From Azolla caroliniana (Eukaryota; Plantae; Polypodiophyta), in contig JBHGNT010000010.1 in NCBI GenBank assembly GCA_043228905.1, positions 12,710,001 to 12,774,000 of the forward strand: a stretch of 64,000 nucleotides of DNA, read 5' to 3'. A model generated the notes under the pieces. That model saw nothing but the letters and a program-made list of their open reading frames with translations. It did not search any database and had not been told where the DNA came from. This document shows, piece after piece, positions 41,448 through 54,663 of this stretch (its first letter is position 1; each line of letters begins with the position of its first letter). Made by a program: the position numbers and the translations under genes.

Positions 41448-41664
41448 AAACCTATCCACCCCGAATGGTCATGGTAGCACTGATGAGCCCCGTAGGGGGC
41501 GAAACTAGTTTGCTCATAACCATTACCCATCGTATTGTAATTTTTCCTTTTTCTTAATGAAAATTAGTCTCCTTCTTAATCTCTCCCTCTCTCTAATCTA
41601 GACTATTTAGCTTATGGTTATGTTTTAGCTTGTTTCTAATTTTAATGTTAGTGATTAATCCCTC

Positions 41665-41709
<45 letters not shown>

Positions 41710-42044
41710 CCCTTCCTCTATCTCTTATTATGCCTCACTTACACCAAGTTTGTCAAATGATTTGGGTGTGCTCAAATTATTCTTGGTGTTTCTTTTCACT
41801 TTATCCCCTCTTGCACTTAATCGTAAACCCTTTTACCCTCTAAACCCTAAGCCCAAAACAAACACTAAACCCTAATTCTTAAACCCTAACCCTAACCCTA
41901 ACCCTAACCCTAACCCTAAACCAAAACTCAAACCCTAATTCCTAAACCCTAAACCTTTTCTCTATAACTCTACATCTTACATACTACACCCACCGATTGC
42001 CTACTGTCCGCACTCCTTGTTTCGACTTCACGGTCCAATTGAGA
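41448..42044 (+). repeat. Right terminal direct repeat
   Basis: Matches 29545-30111; overlaps the end of a TATATAAA box at 41443-41450. Confidence 0.93.
41464..41524 (+). ncRNA. Type I hammerhead ribozyme with intact core and minimal palindromic helix III
   Basis: Stem I AATGGTCATG-GT-AGCA / TGCT-CATAACCATT, core CTGATGA, stem II GCCCC-GTAG-GGGGC, then GAAA and helix III AC-TA-GT. Predicted cleavage is after GUU at 41510. Confidence 0.88.
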
Positions 42045-45000
42045 GTGTGGTAGAATAATCCTAAGTTTTTCGTTGATGCTTGCGCAAAATATAAATATTG
42101 TTTATTTCTAATCAATGATTGCAGTATTAAAAAGCACGCAAAATATGATCCATTGTAGTCTAGTTGGTTAGGATACTCGGCTCTCCCCCGACAGTCTCGG
42201 TTTCCACTTCGGGCAATGGAAACGAAAATGTAAAATATTAAATTTCCGACGCATATAATGTGTTATCTGTTCGATAACTCAAAAACTCGAGACCTAAAGT
42301 AAATGTTACAATAATGTACAATTAACAAAATAATCAATATTATGTTTGAAGCATTGATGACGAACTTTACTTTGATATTTTTCTCCTAACTTCAATTTGT
42401 AAACTTAATCCCATTATTTGATTAATGGTAGAAGTTTCAAATGAAATTGGACAAAACATTATGTTGTTCGAGACAACAAGAAACAGTATATTTGGTTGTG
42501 GTTATATGTAAACATTGGTACGACAAATTAGTACACCAACAATTATAGTTTCGATAACTTGATACAATTTCAAACAATACGCATAGATTGTAAAATAATG
42601 GTCAACTATCAACAAGCATTGCACCATGTTTCTTTATTTGTAGCAAAGCACTAGAGTAGTACATTTACTAGTTCATTTACTTAATAATGGTCAACCTGTG
42701 AAATGATTAAATCTTAAAAACGAGAGTGTGTTAGAATAATCCTCTGTTTCTCGTTGATGCTTGCGCAATATATAAATATCATTTATTTCTAATCAATGAT
42801 TGAAGTATTAAAAAGCACATTTAGTGTGATCCATTGTAGTCTAGTTGGTTAGGATACTCGGCCCTCATACGAGAGAGCCGTGTTCAATTCCCGGTAATGG
42901 AAAAGATCATATCATATATTAAATTTTCAACGCATATCATGTGTTAACTTTTTCATAACTCAAAAAGTCAAGACCTAAAGTAGTTGTTCCAATAATGTAC
43001 AATTAACAAAGTAATGAATATTATGTTTGAAGGATTGACAAAGAACTTTACTTTAAAATTTTTCTCCTAATATCAATTTCTAAACTTAATCCCATTATTC
43101 GATTAATGGAAGAGATTTTAAATCAAATTGGACAAAACATTATGTTGTTCAAGACAACAAAAAGAAGTATATTTGGTTGTGGTTGTTAGTCAACGTTGGT
43201 ACGACAAATTAGTACATCAACAATTATAGTTGGGTTAACTTGAAACAATTATAGTTGGGAACAACAATAGGCATTGGAAAAACTAGATACATTATATATC
43301 ATGAGTTAATGTGCCATCGATAAAAACCCGTGAATTTATTAAATCTTAAAAACGAGAGTGTGTTAGAATAATCCTCTGTTTCTTGTTGATGCTTGAGCAA
43401 TATATAAATATTATTTATTACTAATCAATGATTGCATTATTAAAAAGTGTACAAGATGTGATCCATTGAAGTCTACTTGGTTAGAATACTCGGTTCCTTG
43501 CTTTTAACCTGAGACGCCCGGGTACAACTAGATATATCAGATATCATGAGTGAATGTGGCATCGAGAAAAACGCTTGAAATTATTAAATCTTAAAAACGA
43601 GAGTGTGGTAGAATAATCCTCAGTTTTTTGTTGTTGCTTGTGAAAAATATATATATTATTTCTTTCTAATCAATGATTGCAATATTAATAAGCACACAAA
43701 ATGTGATCCATTGTAGTCTAGTTGGTTAGGATACTCGGCTCTCAACCGAGAGATCCGGGTTCAACTCCTGGCAATGGAAACGGCAATGTCATATATTAAA
43801 TTTCTGACGCATATAATGCATTATCTATTTGATAACTCGAAAACTCAAGACCTAAAGTAAATGTTACAATTAACAAAATAATCAATATTATGTTTGAAGG
43901 ATTGATGACGAACTTTACTTTGATATTTCTCTCCTAACATCAATTTCTAAACGTACGCCCATTATTCGATTAATGGTAGAGGTTTCAAATGAAATTAGAC
44001 AAAACATTATGTTGTTCGAGACAACAAGAAGTTGTATATATGGTTGTGGTTATTCGTCAACATTAGTACGACAAATTAGTACACCAACAATTATAGTTTG
44101 GATAACTCGATACAATTTTAAACAATATGCATAGATTGTAGAATAATGGTCAATTGTCGATGAGCATTGAACCATGTTTCTTTATTTGTAGCAAAGGACT
44201 AGAATGGTACATTAACTAATTTATTTACTAAATGAATTCCATTGTAATCAAGTTGCCTGGAATCGTTGATTCTTACTCGAAATGCGATAGGAAAAACTAG
44301 ATACATTATATATCATGAGTTAATGTGGCATCGATAAAAAGCCGTGAAATTATTAATAAAAATGACAGTGTGTTAGAACAATCCTTAGTTTTTCATTGAT
44401 GGTTAAGCAATATATAAACATTATTTATTAGTAATCAATGATTGCAATATTAAGAAGTGTAGAAAATGTGATCCATTGTAGTCTACTTGGCTAGAATACT
44501 CGGCTCTCACCAAAGAGACCCGGGTTTAACTCTCGGGAATAGGAAGGACAATATCATATATAAAATTTTGTGACGCATGTGATGTCTTAACTGTTTGATA
44601 ACTCAAAAACTCAAGACGTAAAGTAGTTAGAATAATATACAATTAAAAAAATAATCAATATTATGTTTGAAGGATTGACGACGAACTTTGCTTTGATATT
44701 TTTCTCAAAACATCAATTTCTAAACTTAATTCCATTATTCAATTAATAGTATAGGTTTCAAATGAGATTTGACAAAACATTATGTTGTTCAGGACAAGAA
44801 GAAGCAGTATATTTAGTCGTGGTTATTCCTCAACATTGTTACGACAAATTAGTACACCAACAATTATAGTTTGGATAACTTGATACAATTTGCAAAAATA
44901 CGCATTGATTGTCGAATAATGGTGAATTCCCGATGAGCATTGCACAAAGTTTCTTTATTTGAAGTAAAGCACTAAAATATTACATTCACTAATTCAGTTA

Positions 45001-48000
45001 CTAAATGAATTCCAATGTAGTCTAGTTGGTTCGGATCCTTGTTTTTTACACGAGACTCCCTGGTACAACAACTCGCATGGGAAAAACTAGATACATCATA
45101 GATCATGAGGTAATATCGCATCGATAAAAACCCTTGAAATTATTAAATCTTAAAAACGAGAGTTTGTTAGAATAATCCTCAGTTTCTCTTATTACTAATC
45201 AATGATTGCAAAATTAAAAAGTACACAAGATATGATCCATTGTAGTCTAGTTGGTTAGTATAATCGGCTTTCACCCGAAAGACCCGTGTTCAATTCCTGG
45301 CAATGGAAATGACAATATCATATATTAAATTTTCGATGCATATCATCTGTTAACTGTTTGATAACTCAAAAACTCAAGACCTAAAATAGGTGTTCCAATA
45401 ATGTACAATTAAACAAATAATGAATAAATTGAATTTCTAATCTTACTCCCATTATTTGATTAATGGTAGAGGTTTCACATGAAATTGGACAAAACATTAT
45501 GTTGTTCGAGACAACAAAAAGATGTATATTTGGTTGTGGTTGTTCATCAGTATTGGTATGACAAATTAGTACACGAACAATTATAGTTTGGATGACTCGA
45601 TACAATTTCAAACAATACGTATAGATTGCAGAATAATGTTTAACTGTCGATGAGGATTGCCAAATGAATTCCATTGTAATCAAGTTGCCTCGAATCGTTG
45701 ATTCTTACTCGAAACGCGATAGATAAAACTAGATACATTGTATATGATGAGTTACTGTGGCATCGATAAGAAGCCTTGAAATTATTGAATCTTAAAAACG
45801 ACAGTGTGTTAGAACAATCCTCAGTTTTTAATTGATGCTTAAGCAATATATAAATATTATTTATTACCAATCAATGATTGCAATATTAAAAAGTGCACAT
45901 GATGTGATCCATTGAAGTCTAGTTGGTTAGAATACTCGGCTCTCACCCGAGATACTCGTGCTCAACTCCTGGCAGTAGAAAGGACAATATCATATATATA
46001 ATTTTGCGACGCATTTCATGTGTTAACTGTTTGATAACTCAAAAACTCTAGACATAAAGTAGTTAGAATAATGTTCAATTAAAAAAATAATCAATATTAT
46101 GTTTGAAGGATTAATAAAGAACTTTGCTTTAATTTTTTTCTCCTTACATCAATTTCTAAACTTAATCCCATTATTCAATTAATAGTAGAGGTTTCAAATG
46201 AAATTTGACAAAATATTATGTTGTACGCGACAAGAAGAAGCAATATATTTAGTCGTGGTTATTCGTGAACATTGTTACGACAAATTGGTACACAAACATT
46301 TATACTTTGGATAACTTGATACAATTTCCAAAAATACGCATAGATTGTCGAATAATGATGAATTCCCGATGAGCATTGCACCATGTTCCTTTATTTGAAG
46401 TAAAGCACTAGAATATTACATTCACTAATTCATTTACTAAATGAATTCCATTGTAGTCTAGTTGGTTCAGATCCTTGTTTCTTACACGAGACTCCCGGGT
46501 ACAACAATAGGCATTGGCAAAACTAGATACATCATAGCTCATAAAGTAATGTCGCGTCGATAAAAACTCTTGAAATTATTAAATCTTAAAAACGAGAGTG
46601 TGTTAGAATAATCCTCAATTTCTCGTTGTTGCTTGCGCAATATACAAATATTATTTATTCCTAATCAATCATTGCAATCTTAAAAAGCACACAAGATGTG
46701 AACCATTTTAGTCTAGTTGGTTAGGATACGCAGCTGTTACCCGAGTGACCCGGGTTCAACTCCCAACATTGGAAACGACAATATCATATATTAAATTTTC
46801 GACGCATATCATTTGTTAACAGGTTGATAATTAAAAACTCAAGACCTAAGGTAGGTGTTACAATTAACAAAATAATCAATATTATGTTTGAAGTATTGAT
46901 TATGTACTTTACTTTAATTTTTTTCTGCTAATATCAATTTCTAAACTTAATCCCATTATTCGATTAATGGTACACGTTTCGAATGAAATTGTACCAAACA
47001 TTATGTTGTTCGGGAAAACAAGAAGCAGTATATTCAGTTGTGGTTATTCCTCAACATTGTTACAATAAATTACAACACCAACAATTATAGTTTTGATAAT
47101 TTGATACAATTTCAAAAAATACGCATAGATTGCAAAATACTGGTCAACTGTCAACAAGCATTGCACGATGTTTTTTTCTGCTAATATCAATTTCTAAACT
47201 TAATCCCATTATTCGATTAATGGTACACGTTTCGAATGAAATTGTACCAAACATTATGTTGTTCGGGAAAACAAGAAGCAGTATATTCAGTTGTGGTTAT
47301 TCCTCAACATTGTTACAATAAATTACAACACCAACAATTATAGTTTTGATAATTTGATACAATTTCAAAAAATACGCATAGATTGCAAAATACTGGTCAA
47401 CTGTCAACAAGCATTGCACGATGTTTCTTTATTTGTAGCAAAGCACTAGAATAATACATTTACTAATTCATTTACTCAATGAATTCCATTGTAATCCAGT
47501 TGCCTCGTCCCGTTGATTTTTGCCCGAGATGCGCGGGTACAAGCAAAGGCATAGGAAAAACTAGATACATCATATATCATGGGTTAATTTGGCATCGATA
47601 AAAACCCGTGAAATTATTAAATCTTAAAAACGAGAGTGTGTTAGAATAATCCTCTGTTTCTTGTTGATGCTCGCGCAATATATAAATATTATTTATTACT
47701 AATCAATGATTGCAATATTAAAAAGTGCACAAGATGTGATCTATTGTAGTCTGGTTGGTTAGAATACTTGGCTCTCAAACGAGAGACCCAGGTTCAACTC
47801 CTGGGAATAGATTGCACCAACAACTATAGTTTGGATAACTTAATACAATTTCAAACTCCTGGGAATAGATTGCAAAATAATGGTCAACTGTACTAAAGCA
47901 CTCGAATATTACATTAACTAATTCATTTACTAAATGAATTCCACTATAGTCTACTTGGTTCAAATCCTTATATTTTACACGAGACTCCTAGGTACAACAA

Positions 48001-51000
48001 TTGGCATGGGAGAAACTAGATACATCATAGATCATGAGTTAATATCGCATCGATAAAAACCCTTGAAATTATAAAATCTTAAAAACGAGAGTGTGTTACA
48101 ATAATCGTCAGTTTCTCATTGATACTTGCGCAATATATAAATATTATTTATTACTAATCAATGGTTGCAATATTAAAAAGTACACTAGATATGATCCATT
48201 ATAGTCTAGTTGGTTAGGATACTTGGCTTTCACCCGAGTGACCCGGGTTTAACTCCCGGGAATGGAAACAACAATATCATATATAAAACTTCAGACGTAT
48301 ATCATGTGTTAATTGTTTGATAACTCCAAAATTCAAGCTTTAAAGTAGTTGTTAGAATAATCTAGAATTAACAAAATAATCAATATTATCTTTGAAGGAT
48401 TGACGACGAACTTTGCTTTGAGTTTTTTCTCAAAACATCAATTTCTAAAAATCCCATTATTCAATTAATAGTATAGGTTTCAAATGAGATTTGACAAAAC
48501 ATTATGTTGTTCGGGACAAGAAGAAGCAGTATATTTAGTCATGGTTATTCCTCAACATTGTTACGATAAATTAGTACACCAAGAATTATAGTTTGGATAA
48601 CTTGATACAATTTCTAAAAATACACATAGGTTGTCAAATAATAGTGAATTCCCGATGAACATTGCACCATGTTGCTTTTCTTGAACGAAAGCACTTGAAT
48701 ATTACATTAACTAATTCATTTACTAAATGAATTCTATTGTACTCTAGTTGGTTTGGATAGTTGTTTTTTACACGAAACTACCGGCTACAACAATAAGCAT
48801 TGGAAAAACTAGATACATAATAGATCCTGAGGTAATGTCACATCGATAAAAACCATTCAAATTATTAAATCTTAAAAACGAGAGTGTGTTAGAATAATCC
48901 TCAATTTCTCTTTGATGCTTGCCCAATATATCAATATTACTTATTACTAATCTATGATTGCAATATATTTATAAACAAGATAGGATCCATTGTAGTCTAG
49001 TTGGTTAGGATACTCGACTTTCACCCGAGAGACCCGTGTTCAACTCCCAGCAATGGAAATGACAATATCATATTATAAATCTCCAACCCATATCATGATA
49101 ACTCAAAAACTCAAGACATAAAGTAGTTGTTACAATAATGTAAAATTAACAAAATAATCAATATTATGTTTGAAGGATTAATGACAAACTTTAGTTTGGT
49201 TTTTATAGTTTGGATAACTTGATAGAATTTCCAAACATACGCATTGATAGTAGAATAATGTTGAACTCTCGATCAACATTGCACCATAGTGTTTTATTTG
49301 AAGAAAAGCACTAGAATATTACATTGAGAAATTCATTTACTAAATGAATTCTATGGTAGTCTAGTTGGTTCGGATCTTTGTTTTTTACACGACACTCCTG
49401 GGTACAACAATAGGCATTGGAAAAACTAGATACGTCATAGATCATGAGGTAATGTCGCATAGATAAAAACCCTTGAAATTATTTAATCTTAAAAACGAGA
49501 GTGTGAGAGAATAATCCTCAGTTTCTCGTTGATGGTTGCGCAATATATAAATATTATTTATTACTAATCTATGATTGCAATATTAAGAAGTACACAAGAT
49601 AGGATCCATTGTAGTCTAGTTGGTTAGGATACTCGGCTTTCAGCCGAGAGACCCGGGTTCAACTCCCGACAATGGAACTGATTATATCATATATTAAATT
49701 TCCGACTCATAGCATGTGTTAACGGTTTGATAACTCAAAAACTCAAGACCCAAAGTAGATGTTACAATAATGTACAATTAACAAAATAATCAATGTTATG
49801 TTTGAAGATTTGATGACGAACTTTCCTTTCATTTTTTTCTCCTAACATCAATTTCTAAACTTAATCCCAATATTCAATTAATAGTAGATGTTTCAAATGA
49901 AATTTGACAAAACATTATGTTGTTCGGGACAAGAATAAGAAATATATTTAGTCGTGCTTATATCTCAACATGGTTACGACAAATTAGTACACCGACAATT
50001 ATAATTTGGATAACTGGATAGAATTTCCAAAAATACGCATAGATTGTAGAATAATGGTGAACTCTCGATTAACATGGCACCAAATTTCTTTATTTGAAGC
50101 AAAGCACATGAATATTACATTAACTAATTCACTTACTAAATGAATTCCATTGTAGTCTAGTTAGTTCGGATCCTTCTTTTTTACATGAGACTCCCGGCTA
50201 GAACATTATGTTTATTCGGGAAAACAAGAAGCAGTAGATTTGGTTATGGCTATTCCTGAACATTGTTATGACAAATTACTACACCAACAATTATAGTTTG
50301 GATTACTTAATACATAGATTGTAGAATAATGGTCAATTGTCGACGACTATTCGACTATGTTTCTTGATTTGTAACAAAGGACTACAATGGTACATTAACT
50401 AATTCATTAACAAAGGACTAGAATGATACATTATAATCAAGTTGCCTCACATCCTTACTTTTTACCTGGGACGCCCGTCTACAAGTAGATATATCATATA
50501 TCATGTGTTAATGTGGCATCGATAAAAACCCTTGAAATTATCATATCCTTAAAAGGATAGTGTGTTAGAATAACCCTCAATTCGTCATTGATGCTTGCGC
50601 AATATATAAATATTATTTATTTCTAATCAATGAGTGCAATATAAAAAAGCACACAAGATGTTATCCATTGTAGTCTAGTCTGTTACGATACTTAGCTTTC
50701 ACCCGAGAGACCCGGGTTTAACTCCCGGCAATGGAAACGACAATATCATATATAAAATTTCCGACGTATATCATGTGTTAATTGTTTGATAACTCAAAAA
50801 GTCAAGCTCTAAAGTAGTTGTTAGAATAATGTACAATTAACAAAATAATCAATATTATGTTTGAAGGATTGATGACGAACCTTGCTTTGATTTGTTTCTC
50901 CTAAGATCAATTTCTAAACTTAATCCTATTATTCAATTAATAGTATAGGTTTCAAATGAGATTTGACAAAACATTATGTTGTTCGGGACAAGAAGAAGCA

Positions 51001-54000
51001 GTATATTTAGTCGTGGTTATTCCTCAACATTGTTACGATAAATTAGTACACCAAGAATTATAATTTGGATAACTTGATACAATTTCTAATTCTACACACA
51101 GATTGTCGAATAATGGTGAATTCATGAGCATTGCACCATGTTTCTTTATTTGAACTCAAAAAGTCAAGCTCTAAAGTAGGTGTTATAATAATGTACAATT
51201 AACAAAATAATCAATATTATGTTTGAAGGATTGATGACAAACTTTGCTTTAATTTTTCCTCCTAACATCAATTTCAAAACTTCATCCCATTATTCAATTA
51301 ATAGTAGAGGTTTCAAATGAAATTTGACAAAATATTATGTTGTTCGGTCAAGAAGAAGCAATATATTTAGTCGTGCTCATTTCTCAACATGGTTATGACA
51401 AATTCGTACACCAATAATTATAGTTTGGATAAGTTGATACAATTTCAAACAATACGCATAGATTGCAAAATAATGGTGAACTGTCGACAAGCATTGCACC
51501 ATGTTTCTTTATTTGTAGCAAAGCACTAGAATAGTACATTAACTAATTCATTTACTAAATGAATTCCATTGTAATCAAGTTGCCTCGAACCATTGATTTT
51601 TACCCGAGACGCGTGGGTAAAAGAATAGGCATAGGAAAAACTAGATACATCATTGATTATGAGTTAATTTGGCATCAATAAAAACCCGTGAAATTATTAA
51701 ATCTTAAAAACGAGAGTGTGTTAGAGTAATCCTCTATTTCTCGTTGATGCTTGTGCAATATAGAAATAATATTTACTACTAATCAATGATTACAATATTA
51801 AAAAGTGCACAAGATGTGATCCAGTGTAGTCTAGTTGGTTAGGATACTCGGCTGTCACCCAAGAGACTCGGGTTTAATTCCCGGAAATGCAAACGTCAAT
51901 ATGATATATTAAACTTCCGACGCATATGTGTTAATTGTTTTGATAACTCAAAAACTCAAGACCTAAAGTAGGTGTTACAATAATGTACAATTAACAAAAT
52001 AATCAATATTATGTTTACAGGAGTGAGAAAGAACTTTACTTTGATTTTTTTCTCCTAACATCAATTTCTAAACTTAATCCCATTATTCGATTAATGGTAG
52101 AGGTTTTAATTTAAATTGGACAAAAATTATGTTGTTCGGGGCAACAAGAAGCAGTATATTTGGTTGTGGTTATTCGTCAACATTGTTACGGCAAATTAGT
52201 ACACCAACAATTATAGTTTGGATAACTAGATACAATTTCAAACAATACGCATCGGTTGTAGAATAATGGTCAACTATCAATGACTATTGCACCATGTTTC
52301 TTTATTTGTAACAAAGCACTAGAAATGTAAATTAACTAATTCATTTACTAAATGAATTCCATTTTTATCAAGTTTCCTCGGATCCTTGCTTTTTACATGT
52401 GACGCCCGGCTACAAGTAGATATACCAGATATTATGAGTATATGTGGCATCGATAAAAACTCTTGAAATTATTAAATCCTTAAAAGGGGAGTGTGTTAAA
52501 ATAATCCTCGGTTTTTAGTTGATGCTTGCGCAATATATAAATATTATTTATTTCTAATCAATGATAGCAAGATTAAAAAGCACACAATATGTGATCCACG
52601 ATAGTCTAGTTGGGAAGGATACTTGGCTCTCACCTGAGAGACCCGGGTTCAACTCTCGCCAATGGAAACAACAATATCATATATTAAATTTTCAATGCAT
52701 ATCAGGTGTTAAAGTATGTCTTACAATAATGTACAATTAACAAAATAATCAATATTATGTTTGAATGATTCATGACGAACTTTACTTTGATTTTCTTCTC
52801 CTAACATCAATTTCTAAACTTAATTCCCTTATTCGATTAATGGTAGAGGTTTTGAATGAAATTGGAGAAAATATTATGTGGTTCAGGACAACAAGAAGAA
52901 GTATATTTAGGTGTGGTTATTCCTCAACATTGTTATGATAAATTAGTACACCAACAATTATAGTTTAGATAACTTGATTCAATTTCAAACAATACGCATA
53001 AATTGCAGAATAATGTTCAACTGTCAACAAGCATTGTACCATTTCTGTTTATTTGTGTAGTCTAGTTGGTCAGGATACTCGGCTCTCACCCGAGAGACCC
53101 GGCTTCAATTCCCGTCTATGGAAACGACAATATCATATATTACACTTCTGATGCATATCATGTGTTAACTGTTTGATAACTCATAAACTCAAGACCTAAA
53201 GTAGGTGTTACAATAATGTACAATGAACAAAATAATCAATATTATGTTTGAAGGACTAATAAAGAACTGAACTTTGATTTTTCTCTCCTAACATCAATTT
53301 GTAAACTTAATCCCATTATTCGATTAATGGTTGAGGTTTTAATTGAAATTGGACAAAACATTATGTTGTTCGGGACAACATGAAGCAGTATATTTGGTTG
53401 CGGTTATTCGTCAACATTGTTACGGCAAATTAGTACACCAATAATTATAGTTTGGATAACTGTATAGAATTTCTAAAAATATGCATAGATTGTAGAATAA
53501 TGATACACTCTCGATCAACATGGCACTATATTTTTTTATTTGAAGCAAAGCACTAGAATATTACACATTAACTAATTCATTTACTTAATGAATTCCATTA
53601 TAGTCTAGTTGGCATTAGAAAAACTAGACACATCCGAGATCATGAGGTAATGTTGAATCGATAAAAACCCTTGAAATTATTAAATCTTAAAAACAAGAGT
53701 ATGTTAGAATAATCCTCACTTTCTCGTTGTTGCTTGCGCAATATATAAATATTATTTATTACTAATCAATGATTGCAATATTAAAAAGTACACAAGATGT
53801 GATCCATTGTAGTCTAGTTGGTTAGGATACTCGGCTCTCACCCGAGAGACCCGGGTTCAACTCCCAACAATGGAAACGACGATATCATATATTAAATTTC
53901 CGATGCATATCATGTTTTAACTGTTTGAGAATTCCAGACCTAAAGTAGGTTTTGCAAGAATGTACAATTAATAGAATAATCAATATTATGTTTGAAGGAT

Positions 54001-54590
54001 TGATAACGAAATTTGCTTTGATTTTTTTCTTCTAACATCAATTTCTAAACCTAATCCCATTTTTCAATTAATAGTAGAGGTTGCATATGAAATTCAACTA
54101 ATCATTATGTTTTTTAGGACAGGAAGAAGTACTATATTCAGTCGTGGTTATTCCTCAACATTGTTACGACAAATTAGTACACCGAAAATTATAGTTTGGA
54201 TAACTTGATACTATTTCCAAAAATACGCATAGATTGTCGAATAATGGTGAATTCTTGAGGAGCATTGCACCATGTTTGTTTATTTGAACGAAAGCACTTG
54301 AATATTACATTAACTAATTCATTTACTAAATGAATTCCATTGTAGCTTAGTTCGTTCAGATCCTTGTTTTTTACACAAGACTACCGGGTACAACAATAGG
54401 CATTGGAAAAACTAGATACATCATAGATGATAAGGTAATGTCACATCGATAAAAACCGTTGAAATTATAAAATCTTAAAAAACAGAGCGTGTTAGAATAA
54501 TTCTCAGTTTCTCATTGATGCTTGGGCAATATATAAATATTATTTATTACTAATCAATAATTGCAATATTAAAAAGTACACAAGATGTGA

Positions 54591-54663
54591 TCCATTGTAG
54601 TCTAGTTGGTTAGGATTCTCGGCTCTCACCCGAGAGACCCGGGTTCAACTCCCGGCAATGGAA
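54591..54663 (+). tRNA. tRNA-Glu(CTC), structurally intact copy
   Basis: Same sequence as 19455-19527; full cloverleaf with A and B boxes intact. Confidence 0.85.

Larger units (their letters stand above)
29545..42044 (+). mobile_element. Non-autonomous hammerhead-ribozyme element (retrozyme/Penelope-like pseudo-LTR architecture), ~3.1 kb excluding the nested DNA transposon
   Basis: Direct terminal repeats 29545-30111 and 41448-42044 each hold a hammerhead motif. The interior is strongly C/T-rich with no credible ORF. There are no TG..CA ends and no TSD; about 80 bp of the array unit is missing and there is GAGA microhomology at the right junction. Confidence 0.7.

Noticed and set aside
29545-42044. 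Canonical LTR retrotransposon or TRIM
   Set aside because: No TG..CA termini, TSD, obvious PBS/PPT or gag/pol remnants.
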